From NCBI GenBank assembly GCA_964612595.1, contig CAZTFB010000002.1:6663-70662 (forward strand): a stretch of DNA of 64,000 bases. The letters run 5' to 3'. Source of the stretch: an uncultured Gammaproteobacteria bacterium (GTDB lineage Bacteria > Patescibacteriota > Microgenomatia > UBA1406 > HO2-37-13b). A model generated the notes under the pieces. That model was given only the letters and a program-made list of their open reading frames with translations. It did no database searches and was not told the origin of the DNA. The translations under genes were made by a program, and so were the position numbers. Positions 1-8,796 of the stretch are shown here, piece after piece (the stretch's first letter is position 1; every line of letters starts with the position of its first letter).

Positions 1-1761
1 CTCTTCCACAACCTCTCCCACAAGGTCAACTATGTTTGTTTTTGTAAGGCTAATAAATATTCTTCCAGACTCGATACGTGAAATATTTAACATATCGTTG
101 ACGAGTTTTATTAAACGATCAACGGAATTGTATGATCGTTGCAAGTAATATTCTTGTTTTTTTGATAGTTTCCCTCCTTTACCAGCAAGTGCCAACCAGA
201 GGTATGATTTTATTGCCGTCATCGGCGTGCGCAGCTCGTGCGAAGCTACAGACACAAAATCATCTTTCATCTTATCTAATTCTTTGAGTTTGTGGTTTGC
301 TGAGCGAAGGTTATAGGTTGCGTGCTTAATTTTTTCTTGCAATGTTATGTTGAACTGTTTAATCTCATCATACTGCAGAGAATTATTGACCGCAACCGCA
401 ACTTCCGGTGCAAAGATCTTAAAGAGATGCATGTCTTCACTCGAATATGTTTCTCCGGATAGCTTTGAACCAAACCACATAAGACCAATGGGTTTCCCTT
501 CAACCAAAAGCGGAAATGCAATACTCATATCATATTCGCGCATAATGTCCTTCTCTGCACTATCCTGAAGCTCCTCAAACAATAGTATATTGTCGTCTTT
601 TTTCTTAAGTGCTGCCTCTATGAGAAAGAATATGTAGTCACCTACAAAATTATGCTCGAGTGCTTTATTCGTACTTTGGCCATACGACCATATGATCTGA
701 TTATCACGCAAAAGCAAAAGATACCCCTTTGAAATCCTCATGTCTTTGAGGAGTGTCTTGAGGATAAGGTGTGCAATTTCTTTTAATTCTAAGGTTGAGG
801 CCATAATACGTCCAAGCTTTGCAAGTAAGAACCTTGTATCATAGCGGTCTTTGAAAAAAAGCTTGTCTGTAAGTCGCTCGATAGTATGTAATAGCGGCTG
901 GTAAGAAATTGCAATAATAAATGCAAAGAATATAGACACTGCCATGTTTGTTGGTTTAATCTCGTAGCCAATAACATAATTACCTACCAAGAATATCGAG
1001 CCCGTATAAGTTAAGACAAGGATGATTACAACCACTGAGTATGCTATAGATCGAGCAACCAAAAAACGTATATCTAGAAAATTATGTCTAATAATTGCAT
1101 AAGCTGTCATAGCAATAAAAATTGCCGTATATAGAGGCATGAGCGATACAAAACTACTGGATTTGAATAACAAAAGAGGTAAGAGTATCGTGATAATGAT
1201 AAGACCGAGCATTATTAAGATTCCCAAAACTATCCAGCGTAACTGCTCTTTTTCTTTCCCATGAGCAAGTTTCAATCTTCTAAACAAAACATACACTGCA
1301 AGCATACTGAAATTCGTTGTGACTAATGAAAACAACAGCATTCCTGGTCCTGTAATAGGAAGCGGTGTGTTGTTAACTATTTTGATTCCGCTGATAGCTA
1401 ATGGAGATACCACCACGAGCATCGTTAATAAGGTAATGCTTATTGCGCCATAAAGTGCCTTAGGACTGAGAAGAATTTTTTCACTTGGAAGTGTATGTGC
1501 AAGCAGAAAAAATAATAAACTCACTGGCACAGCAAAAAGAAAGCTCATACGTGTCCAAAAAAGACTAACGTTTATTAGGTTGGGTTGTACTGAAAAAAAG
1601 TTGAAACTTAACCAGAGAGAAATAATACAAGCTAAAAGCGTAAAGATTTTGTTCGTTGTGCTTCGAGGATTACTTTTATATACGAATGCAGCTAAGATGA
1701 GGTCAACAACAATAACACAGACGATTATTGCAAAACTTGATATCTCATAAAAACTTAACAT
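1..1761 (-). CDS. Sensor histidine kinase, C-terminus cut by window edge
   Basis: Absent from the ORF track because it leaves the window. My reverse-strand translation from the ATG at 1761 stays open to nt 1 (587 codons): MLSFYEISSFAIIVC..., about 9 hydrophobic helices, a probable GAF-like middle, then H-box DDFVSVASHELRTPMTAIKSY. It starts 13 nt after the hydrolase stop on the same strand. Confidence 0.8.
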   Translation of the reverse strand, partial: MLSFYEISSFAIIVCVIVVDLILAAFVYKSNPRSTTNKIFTLLACIISLWLSFNFFSVQPNLINVSLFWTRMSFLFAVPVSLLFFLLAHTLPSEKILLSPKALYGAISITLLTMLVVVSPLAISGIKIVNNTPLPITGPGMLLFSLVTTNFSMLAVYVLFRRLKLAHGKEKEQLRWIVLGILIMLGLIIITILLPLLLFKSSSFVSLMPLYTAIFIAMTAYAIIRHNFLDIRFLVARSIAYSVVVIILVLTYTGSIFLVGNYVIGYEIKPTNMAVSIFFAFIIAISYQPLLHTIERLTDKLFFKDRYDTRFLLAKLGRIMASTLELKEIAHLILKTLLKDMRISKGYLLLLRDNQIIWSYGQSTNKALEHNFVGDYIFFLIEAALKKKDDNILLFEELQDSAEKDIMREYDMSIAFPLLVEGKPIGLMWFGSKLSGETYSSEDMHLFKIFAPEVAVAVNNSLQYDEIKQFNITLQEKIKHATYNLRSANHKLKELDKMKDDFVSVASHELRTPMTAIKSYLWLALAGKGGKLSKKQEYYLQRSYNSVDRLIKLVNDMLNISRIESGRIFISLTKTNIVDLVGEVVEE

Positions 1762-1774
1762 ACATATTAGTGTA

Positions 1775-2686
1775 TCACCCCTGGAGAAACGATAGAAGTA
1801 GTTGATTAAAATGTTTTGCTTTCTCTATAAAAGGAATGTGTCCACTATCTTTATAAACATGTAGTCGCACTAATGGATTTTTAACATGCTTTAGGGCAAT
1901 GGGATAATGCATGCTCGTATCTTTTTTACCCCACACAATCAAGGTTTTTGAAGAAATCTTATTAAAATGTGGGAGCATAAAGTACTCTTCTTTTAATTTT
2001 CCTCTGTGCAAAGCCGAAGCTATAAGATGAAATGGACTCTGTGTAGCTTTAACCATGCGAGCAGTGTGGAAATAATTCACAAAATATGGTGATAGTACGG
2101 TCTTTGGTGATGTGGTAGCAGTTCTTAAGAAGGATTCGGTTTTTTCGATACTCTTACCTAACATAAACGTCTGTAGTATCTTTGGAATTAATGGTGACAA
2201 GGATACAATGTTGAATGGCTTAGGAATGTCGCGCGATAAGCCAACTGGATTTATTAGAACAAGTTTCCCAATTCTCTTTGGATACTTTAATGCTAACTTT
2301 GCAGCAACCCAACCACCGAAAGAATGACCAACTACATCATATGGTTGTATTTTTAATAACTCCATGCAACCAGCAACGTTGTCAACAAATAGTTTTTCGA
2401 GTTGCTCTTTTCTAAAATCTACACGAGATGACATACCTGCTCCTGGCAAGTCAATGGCAATGACTTTGTATTTTTTTGAGAGGGTTGAGATATTCCGATA
2501 CCATTGACCCCACCCTAACGTTGCACCATGGAGCATCACAATTGGTCTTCCTTTCCCTGCGGTAATATAATGAATCCTCGTATCGCCAACATGTACGTAA
2601 TGTGAGGTGATGGTAGGATTAATGAAGGAAATCAATTTTTCCTGAGCAATGTCTAAAGGGCTTTTATCTGAGGGTTTCTTTGACAT
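1775..2686 (-). CDS. Alpha/beta-fold hydrolase
   Basis: ORF 1775..2728. Motifs HGATLGWGQW, nucleophile elbow GHSFGG and a late DSGH. The likely start is MSKKPS at 2686. Confidence 0.75.
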   Translation of the reverse strand: MSKKPSDKSPLDIAQEKLISFINPTITSHYVHVGDTRIHYITAGKGRPIVMLHGATLGWGQWYRNISTLSKKYKVIAIDLPGAGMSSRVDFRKEQLEKLFVDNVAGCMELLKIQPYDVVGHSFGGWVAAKLALKYPKRIGKLVLINPVGLSRDIPKPFNIVSLSPLIPKILQTFMLGKSIEKTESFLRTATTSPKTVLSPYFVNYFHTARMVKATQSPFHLIASALHRGKLKEEYFMLPHFNKISSKTLIVWGKKDTSMHYPIALKHVKNPLVRLHVYKDSGHIPFIEKAKHFNQLLLSFLQG

Positions 2687-4913
2687 TTCTTCTGGGCGAA
2701 TGCGTAATAGGCATTTTGCTGTAACCAATTCTTAAAAAAACCTGCGGTTTTTCAAGTGTGCCCAGCATTGTTGCTAATGTTTTTCGCGCATTATTCTCCT
2801 CAATCATTGCGGCATGTATTGAATGATGAACACCTCTAGTCCCTAGAAGCAATACGACTCTTTCGTAAAGCTGACCTGCTTTTATCCAATCTGAAACGAC
2901 ATCAGTCTTTGTCGCTATGACCACTATACCGGATGAATGTCGCAGCATTAATGCTTCTCTACTTTCCTCGGTTGGGCTCTCTAAGTTAAACTCGTGCATT
3001 AAAAATGGTGCCAGAAGTGATTGAATATCTGGCAAGCCGATACTAAACCCATCGTGTAACTTTGTAAAATTATTGCGAATCCAGAAAGCCAATTCTTTAC
3101 GAAATGCTGCATTCTTCATTATGTTTCGAGACGCGCTCGCAAGTTCTTTAGCAAGCGCACCTTTACTTTTTTCGTCATCAACGAAATAGAGCGAGCATTG
3201 TGAATCGATAGATAGTTTCCTTATCTCAGCAAGTACGCTGGGTTGAATTTTATGTGCTGCAAAAAATGACCGATCAGTAAAGCGCATTTCTATTTGATTA
3301 AAAAGCTCAGGTAGGTAGCTCACCTTTTTATTATCAAAATCAACTCTAATCATACAATCGCCATTTTTTTCTATAAAACTAACGTTCGTTGATAGATCAA
3401 ACCTCCCTGCAGCAATAAGAACATTCTCAAGTGCTGCACCCAAACTTATATACATTTCACGTTTGGTAGGATCTGAAACAGGTAAAATACGCTCTGGATC
3501 AGGAGTAATGAAGAGACTATGAGCATCAATATGAAATATCCACGGCTGTGTATTATGTGTAGAGGGGGCAAGTATCGCATACTCTAAAAGGAACTGTATT
3601 TTTGCAGAAATAGACTTCTTGACCGGAAAGTCATGTACATCAATGCGTTTAGCAGGATGGCTTACTTTTGCTTCGAGACTATTAATATATTGAATAAATT
3701 CATTTGTTTTTTCTTTGCGCTTCTTAACAGAATCTTCATTCATATATCCATCAAGAAAAATTTCATCAAGTGAAACGTATTTTTTACCTGAAGAAATAGG
3801 CATGCCCAAAAGTAATGCCTTCGCATTGTACGCAGCATTTACTCCTCCCAAGAATGCTGATATGCCCAGCTGGGGCCATGATGCGATAGTAGAGCCGACT
3901 TCTTTTAATGAATCTTGCATGCGTGGCGCTACACCTTCAGGACCAACTATCTTGCTGGATAACCTAATTTTTTCATCAAGTGTCAGGTTAAATGATTCAC
4001 CAAAATCTATGCCTCGTATCACAGTATCAAGGTCCATCATAGGAAGCTGTCCAAATGGCCCCTGTTTCTGATCGAGATCAAACCTATCGACATCGATAAT
4101 ACCGTTGTCACCATTGTCTGTTGCCATAAGCACTGGCATTTTAATTGCACGAGCAGCTAATCGAATAAACAATTTCATCTTAAGCTGATCCATTTCATCT
4201 ATGACGATATCGAGCTTTGCGCTACCAATAAGAAAATCTTTGATTGTGTCTTTTGTTACTCCTTCCGGGTAAAGAACCAACTTTGCATAAGGATTAACTT
4301 CGTAAATTTGTTGCGCTGCAACATACACTTTTTTTAAACCGACATAATGCAAAGGAACTCTCACTCTATTGAGATTTGATACTGAAAAAACATCTGGATC
4401 TGCAAGTTTTAAGGTTCCACCAATGCCAGAATAAGCTAAGCATAATGCAACACTATTACCCACACTAAGACCTGCAATACCTATAACTGCTCTGTATAGT
4501 TTCTTTTGCTCTTCGGGAGTTATTAAGTATCTATTTCGATACGTGCGCGCCTCAAAATAATCCCTCTCATCAAGTGTGTGGAGCAATGTTTTTGTCCACG
4601 GATAATAGACCCATGTTCCAGCGTTGTCATAATTGCTACTCTTTCCTACATATTTTTGCTGAAACTTTTCTAGTGGCTTCAGGGATTCTGCAGAGCCTTC
4701 TTTATATTGAGGGTTTTTGAGATAGAAAAGTTCAGAAATCTGATCCTTTAACGTATCGTGAACATAAAGCACCTCGTACTCTTTGATGAATGCCGCAAAT
4801 TTTTTGACAAAGTCTTTATTCTTAGTTGGAAAAATTGAAGGTGTTGGAGGAAACTGAAGATGATCTGTAATTGATCTATATGTTTTTTTTGAAAGTAGCT
4901 CAGAAATATTCAT
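2664..4913 (-). CDS. ThiF/E1-like adenylyltransferase fused to a nitroreductase-like C-terminal half (Rv1355c/MoeY-type architecture)
   Basis: Rossmann segment GIAGLSVGNSVALCLAYSGIGG..LADPDVFSVSNLNR is typical of ThiF/MoeB. The C-terminal half carries the nitroreductase signature APSTHNTQPW. 749 aa. Confidence 0.7.
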   Translation of the reverse strand: MNISELLSKKTYRSITDHLQFPPTPSIFPTKNKDFVKKFAAFIKEYEVLYVHDTLKDQISELFYLKNPQYKEGSAESLKPLEKFQQKYVGKSSNYDNAGTWVYYPWTKTLLHTLDERDYFEARTYRNRYLITPEEQKKLYRAVIGIAGLSVGNSVALCLAYSGIGGTLKLADPDVFSVSNLNRVRVPLHYVGLKKVYVAAQQIYEVNPYAKLVLYPEGVTKDTIKDFLIGSAKLDIVIDEMDQLKMKLFIRLAARAIKMPVLMATDNGDNGIIDVDRFDLDQKQGPFGQLPMMDLDTVIRGIDFGESFNLTLDEKIRLSSKIVGPEGVAPRMQDSLKEVGSTIASWPQLGISAFLGGVNAAYNAKALLLGMPISSGKKYVSLDEIFLDGYMNEDSVKKRKEKTNEFIQYINSLEAKVSHPAKRIDVHDFPVKKSISAKIQFLLEYAILAPSTHNTQPWIFHIDAHSLFITPDPERILPVSDPTKREMYISLGAALENVLIAAGRFDLSTNVSFIEKNGDCMIRVDFDNKKVSYLPELFNQIEMRFTDRSFFAAHKIQPSVLAEIRKLSIDSQCSLYFVDDEKSKGALAKELASASRNIMKNAAFRKELAFWIRNNFTKLHDGFSIGLPDIQSLLAPFLMHEFNLESPTEESREALMLRHSSGIVVIATKTDVVSDWIKAGQLYERVVLLLGTRGVHHSIHAAMIEENNARKTLATMLGTLEKPQVFLRIGYSKMPITHSPRRNVKETLR

Positions 4914-4915
4914 AA

Positions 4916-6448
4916 TTATTTAATCTTAGATACCCATCTTTGCTTGGTACCTGGTTTAAAATAAAGTGGGTCTTCATACTTCCACAAAACAATTTTTGGC
5001 AGCACTTTCTTTCCTTTTTGACTATATGTCTCTCTATACTCTGAACTTTCAATAACAAGGCTCTTAAAAATTATCTCCTTTAGCTTTTTTGTAAGTGCTT
5101 TGTCTGGTAGTTTATTGCGCTTCATTTCGATATGTATAATCAAAACCTGATCTTGATTCTTATCAAATTCTACCATCATTGTGAATTTTGTGGTAATGCT
5201 ACTTATTAAAGGACTTCGTTGTAGGGCCTTTCTTATTGTCTCGGGATATATTTGGAATGCATGAAAACTAACTGAGAAATCGCTTCGCTCATACACGTAT
5301 ACAAATGGTAATTGTGAAACAGTATGAGAAATTTGTGCACGCTCCGTATCTTCTGATAGATTACGCCCCTCCGTATCGTACATTTTTTTTAGTTCAGAGA
5401 AATTAAAACACCCCCCATTATCTTTCAAATCGTAACGAACTAATGGTATACCACTACGTGCTGAGCAAAGTAAACCATTCTGCATTGTCTGTTCAAAGTA
5501 AAATAGCCGCGGATCATATTGACATAATGTGGGGAGCCTATGTGTTGGACCAAATAGGTCTTTGTATAGTCGTGATGATTCTATAGCTCGGCGGCGAACC
5601 ATTATTGCAAGAGGTGTCTCATAAGCCATAGTGCCTAAATCCACAGTCCCATAATGATTCAAAGAGTCCGTATACACATTGGATGACCCAGCCTTTTCTA
5701 AAATAGAATCACGAAATTCTTCAGAGAAACCTTCTGCTGAAAATACAAATTTAATATTATATTTTTTCCAATCTAAACCAGCAGCTTCGCCATCATCTAA
5801 AACATCTTTCAAAAAGGGCCCGTACGAGCCAATGATTATCTGATCGTAGTACGAGCCAAGGTTCTTTATAGATTTAATAATTTCCTCTTTATGTATACCG
5901 GGTGTAATAATGCTCATATCATAATTTCCGCGGTCAGAAAGGTATTGAAGAGCTTGATACGTAAAAACTCCGCCTATCCAAATACCCATTGGAAAACCAA
6001 TAATATACAATGTTGATTGCTTGTGAATCTTGAAATTAGTTCTAAGATATACCTCCGCTACCGCTGCATATTGGAGATCTTGTTCCTTAGTACGCGGAAA
6101 ATAATAGGGATCACCAGTTGAGCCTGATGTCGCCGATACGCTGTACTGTCCATGAGGGAAGCTACCATCCCAACTCAAATCTTTTAATGAATAACAACGC
6201 AAATAATTATTTTTATCAAGCGTAGGCAATTGCTCAAAATCTTGTATAGTTATTATTTTACGAGGATTGATATTATATTTTTGTAGAAAATCTTTATATG
6301 CAGGAACCCTAATCGACATATCATGAAACAACTTTAAAGCACTTTCTTGACCATTCTTAATCCAGAATTTTTCATTCTTTTTAAGATAGTTATCGCTCAG
6401 TTTTTTTCCGTTCAAATATGAATTGTGTAGACTACTCATGATGATCAA
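4916..6448 (-). CDS. Adenylate-forming enzyme, PaaK / coenzyme F390 synthetase-like
   Basis: P-loop-like SATSGSTGDPYYFP; 510 aa. There is a 2-nt gap to the downstream gene and an ATGA overlap with the upstream gene. Confidence 0.65.
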   Translation of the reverse strand: MIIMSSLHNSYLNGKKLSDNYLKKNEKFWIKNGQESALKLFHDMSIRVPAYKDFLQKYNINPRKIITIQDFEQLPTLDKNNYLRCYSLKDLSWDGSFPHGQYSVSATSGSTGDPYYFPRTKEQDLQYAAVAEVYLRTNFKIHKQSTLYIIGFPMGIWIGGVFTYQALQYLSDRGNYDMSIITPGIHKEEIIKSIKNLGSYYDQIIIGSYGPFLKDVLDDGEAAGLDWKKYNIKFVFSAEGFSEEFRDSILEKAGSSNVYTDSLNHYGTVDLGTMAYETPLAIMVRRRAIESSRLYKDLFGPTHRLPTLCQYDPRLFYFEQTMQNGLLCSARSGIPLVRYDLKDNGGCFNFSELKKMYDTEGRNLSEDTERAQISHTVSQLPFVYVYERSDFSVSFHAFQIYPETIRKALQRSPLISSITTKFTMMVEFDKNQDQVLIIHIEMKRNKLPDKALTKKLKEIIFKSLVIESSEYRETYSQKGKKVLPKIVLWKYEDPLYFKPGTKQRWVSKIK

Positions 6449-7500
6449 CTTTTACTTTGAAACATGCGCTCAGTTAGATGATTTGCAGCTCTACTCATAC
6501 TGGTATTATGTGTGTGGGCATAGTTAATTACATTCTGTAAATTCGTACCGACTTTTTTAATCTGTTCATCTAAATCGTGTTTGTTGAGCTTTTCATGCTC
6601 ATACTCATATACGACACTCATTACACCTCCCGCATTCACGACATAATCAGGTGCATAAAATATTCCCATTTGATGTAATTTATCCCCGATCTCATCATTT
6701 TCTAACTGATTATTGGCACTGCCTACAATAAGTGGAGATATAATCTTATTAATACTTTTGCTATTGACCACTCCTCCCATTGCACATGGGCAAAAAATAT
6801 CTGTTTTTTGTTTATAGATATCATCTGGGGATACCACGATAATGTTTTTATAGAGCCCTAGGTATTGGTTAACAACTTTCTTTTGTGTGTCGGCGATGTA
6901 TATGGATTTAACTTTATTATGTAATGACTGTATAAGCTTTGCTCCAACCTTCCCCACACCTTGTATTGCAATCGTTTTTTCACTCATGTCCTCTGTGCCA
7001 AAGACTTCCTTAACAGCAATATTCAAACCACATAATAGACCTTTCACCGTATATAGCACTGGATCAACTTTTGTACCCACAATAAATTGTTTGCTCACTT
7101 TTTTCATTGCTTTTACATCTTCATTCGAAACACCTACATCTGCTCCAGTAATAAATCGTCCTGATAAAAAATTAATAAATCGAGCATAACGTAAAAGTAA
7201 CGCCCGTTGCTCAGAGGGGTTAGTTAATGAAGAAACAATAATTCCTTTAGCTCCACCATATGGTGTTCCCGCCATTGCATTTTTATACATCATTGTCTTT
7301 GCGAGCCTCAGGGCATCCTCTACTCCATCTCGATATGAGGGATATTGCCATACTCTTGTCGCACCAAATGCAGGAAAGTCCATATTCAATCTATAGAATG
7401 CTACAAAGCCTTGAGCACCTGTCGGAGGATCAATGAAGGTAGCTAAGGCAGCATGTTTATCATAGTTTTTATAGGTCGTCACATTTAGGTCTGTAACCAT
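6445..7500 (-). CDS. Glu/Leu/Phe/Val-family amino-acid dehydrogenase (Leu/Phe-dehydrogenase size class)
   Basis: Catalytic-Lys motif TPYGGAKGII and NAD fold AIQGVGKVG; 351 aa. This is the first gene of the minus-strand operon. Confidence 0.8.
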   Translation of the reverse strand: MVTDLNVTTYKNYDKHAALATFIDPPTGAQGFVAFYRLNMDFPAFGATRVWQYPSYRDGVEDALRLAKTMMYKNAMAGTPYGGAKGIIVSSLTNPSEQRALLLRYARFINFLSGRFITGADVGVSNEDVKAMKKVSKQFIVGTKVDPVLYTVKGLLCGLNIAVKEVFGTEDMSEKTIAIQGVGKVGAKLIQSLHNKVKSIYIADTQKKVVNQYLGLYKNIIVVSPDDIYKQKTDIFCPCAMGGVVNSKSINKIISPLIVGSANNQLENDEIGDKLHQMGIFYAPDYVVNAGGVMSVVYEYEHEKLNKHDLDEQIKKVGTNLQNVINYAHTHNTSMSRAANHLTERMFQSKS

Positions 7501-7534
7501 AAAAGAGGATTATAACATAGTTGTGGATGGCTCC

Positions 7535-7563
7535 TTGACATTTATTATATAGTGACATAGACT
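7535..7563 (+). promoter_or_regulatory. Sigma70-type promoter of the response-regulator gene
   Basis: TTGACA (7535-7540), 17-nt spacer, TAGACT (7558-7563). The ATG is at 7574, so the leader is very short and has no SD. Confidence 0.55.
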
Positions 7564-7573
7564 TATTGTTAAT

Positions 7574-7939
7574 ATGCATAAACTTTTGGTGGTCGATGAT
7601 GACGAATACATTCGAGATTTGTACGAAGAAGTATTAAAAGACGCTGACTTTGATGTTGATACCGCTATAGATGGTAAAGATGGTCTCGAAAAAATAACGT
7701 CCGGATCATACGACCTTATCTTACTCGATATTATGATGCCAAAGATGGATGGCGTCGAGGTACTCAGAAATCTTTCAGAGAATTCAAAGACAAACGCATC
7801 TAAGGTAGTGCTACTTACCAACCTCGCACATGATCCTGTTATGAAGGAGGCGCTTAGCCTTGGTGCAAAAGCATATCTTATTAAAGCCGATATGACTCCT
7901 GATCAACTCGTTGAGAAGATTAAAGAATATCTTAAATAA
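7574..7939 (+). CDS. Single-domain response regulator (CheY-like receiver only)
   Basis: LLVVDDDEYIRDLY...DLILLDIMMPKMDG...LIKAD; 121 aa with no output domain. Confidence 0.9.
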   Translation: MHKLLVVDDDEYIRDLYEEVLKDADFDVDTAIDGKDGLEKITSGSYDLILLDIMMPKMDGVEVLRNLSENSKTNASKVVLLTNLAHDPVMKEALSLGAKAYLIKADMTPDQLVEKIKEYLK

Positions 7940-7946
7940 AATTCCA

Positions 7947-8714
7947 TTACCTTTTTTTACTCTTTCCCTTTTTCTCGTTTGAGGTATGAACTAGTTTTTT
8001 ACCTGTAACCGAGACCTCAAACTCCTCGATAATACCTAAAGATTCCTCACCGAGTTTAGCTATCTTCTTTAATGATGATTGTGCTTTCTCTTTCCCCTCT
8101 GTCTGAGCAAAAATTGCCATCTGTTTCATATCATTAACCGGCTGGCGGAGCGTGACAGCGAATTTAATGATGCGATTATGCAAGGCTTCATCAACCTTAT
8201 TACGTAAGACCTGCGTTTCCTCTTGCAGAATTAATACTTGGTTCTCCTGTTGACGGAGATACAAGTACTCTTTTTGAAGGAAAAAGGTTATTGGAACAAC
8301 AGAGAACAAAGACATGATGGTAATAAAATCAAGTGTAATGTCGATCGAGCCTATGTTTGGAATAAAAAGCCCAACAAGCGTCATAATGAAGAGCAAGGTC
8401 GAAAAGGGTGATAGAAGAAAAGAAAGAATAATCGCAAGCAGATAAAGCAAATAAAAGAATGGTGAGAAAAACCACCCAGTCACTCCTACTAAAAAGAGCA
8501 CTGCAACAAAAATAAACAGACCATAGACGATAAGAACCGATCTATTTCGTACATTTTTTCTCATAATCGGAAAGTACAATGACCCGAAAAGCACAATACC
8601 AACGTAGAGCAGAAAAAGCGAATTAACAAACGAACTTGTGGCGGATAGTGTTGTCAATAAAAACACAAGTATAGTAAGAATTGCGACAGTAATACCACCC
8701 ATGGTTTTATGCAT
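7947..8714 (-). CDS. Polytopic membrane protein with a cytoplasmic coiled-coil tail
   Basis: ORF 7947..8777. Start chosen at MHKTMGGITV. About 5-6 hydrophobic helices, then QQENQVLILQEETQVLRNKVDEAL...FAVTLRQPVNDM. Confidence 0.5.
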   Translation of the reverse strand: MHKTMGGITVAILTILVFLLTTLSATSSFVNSLFLLYVGIVLFGSLYFPIMRKNVRNRSVLIVYGLFIFVAVLFLVGVTGWFFSPFFYLLYLLAIILSFLLSPFSTLLFIMTLVGLFIPNIGSIDITLDFITIMSLFSVVPITFFLQKEYLYLRQQENQVLILQEETQVLRNKVDEALHNRIIKFAVTLRQPVNDMKQMAIFAQTEGKEKAQSSLKKIAKLGEESLGIIEEFEVSVTGKKLVHTSNEKKGKSKKR

Positions 8715-8796
8715 ACTACATGGTAATAGACGGTGAAAGGACTTGTCAATACTCCACGATTTTCGGTTGACAAACAAATCCTCACATCGTAAACTG

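Noticed and set aside
7510-7821. ORF 7510..7821 (-), antisense to the response-regulator gene.
   Set aside because: The product is Ser-rich and low-complexity. The plus-strand receiver domain is unambiguous.
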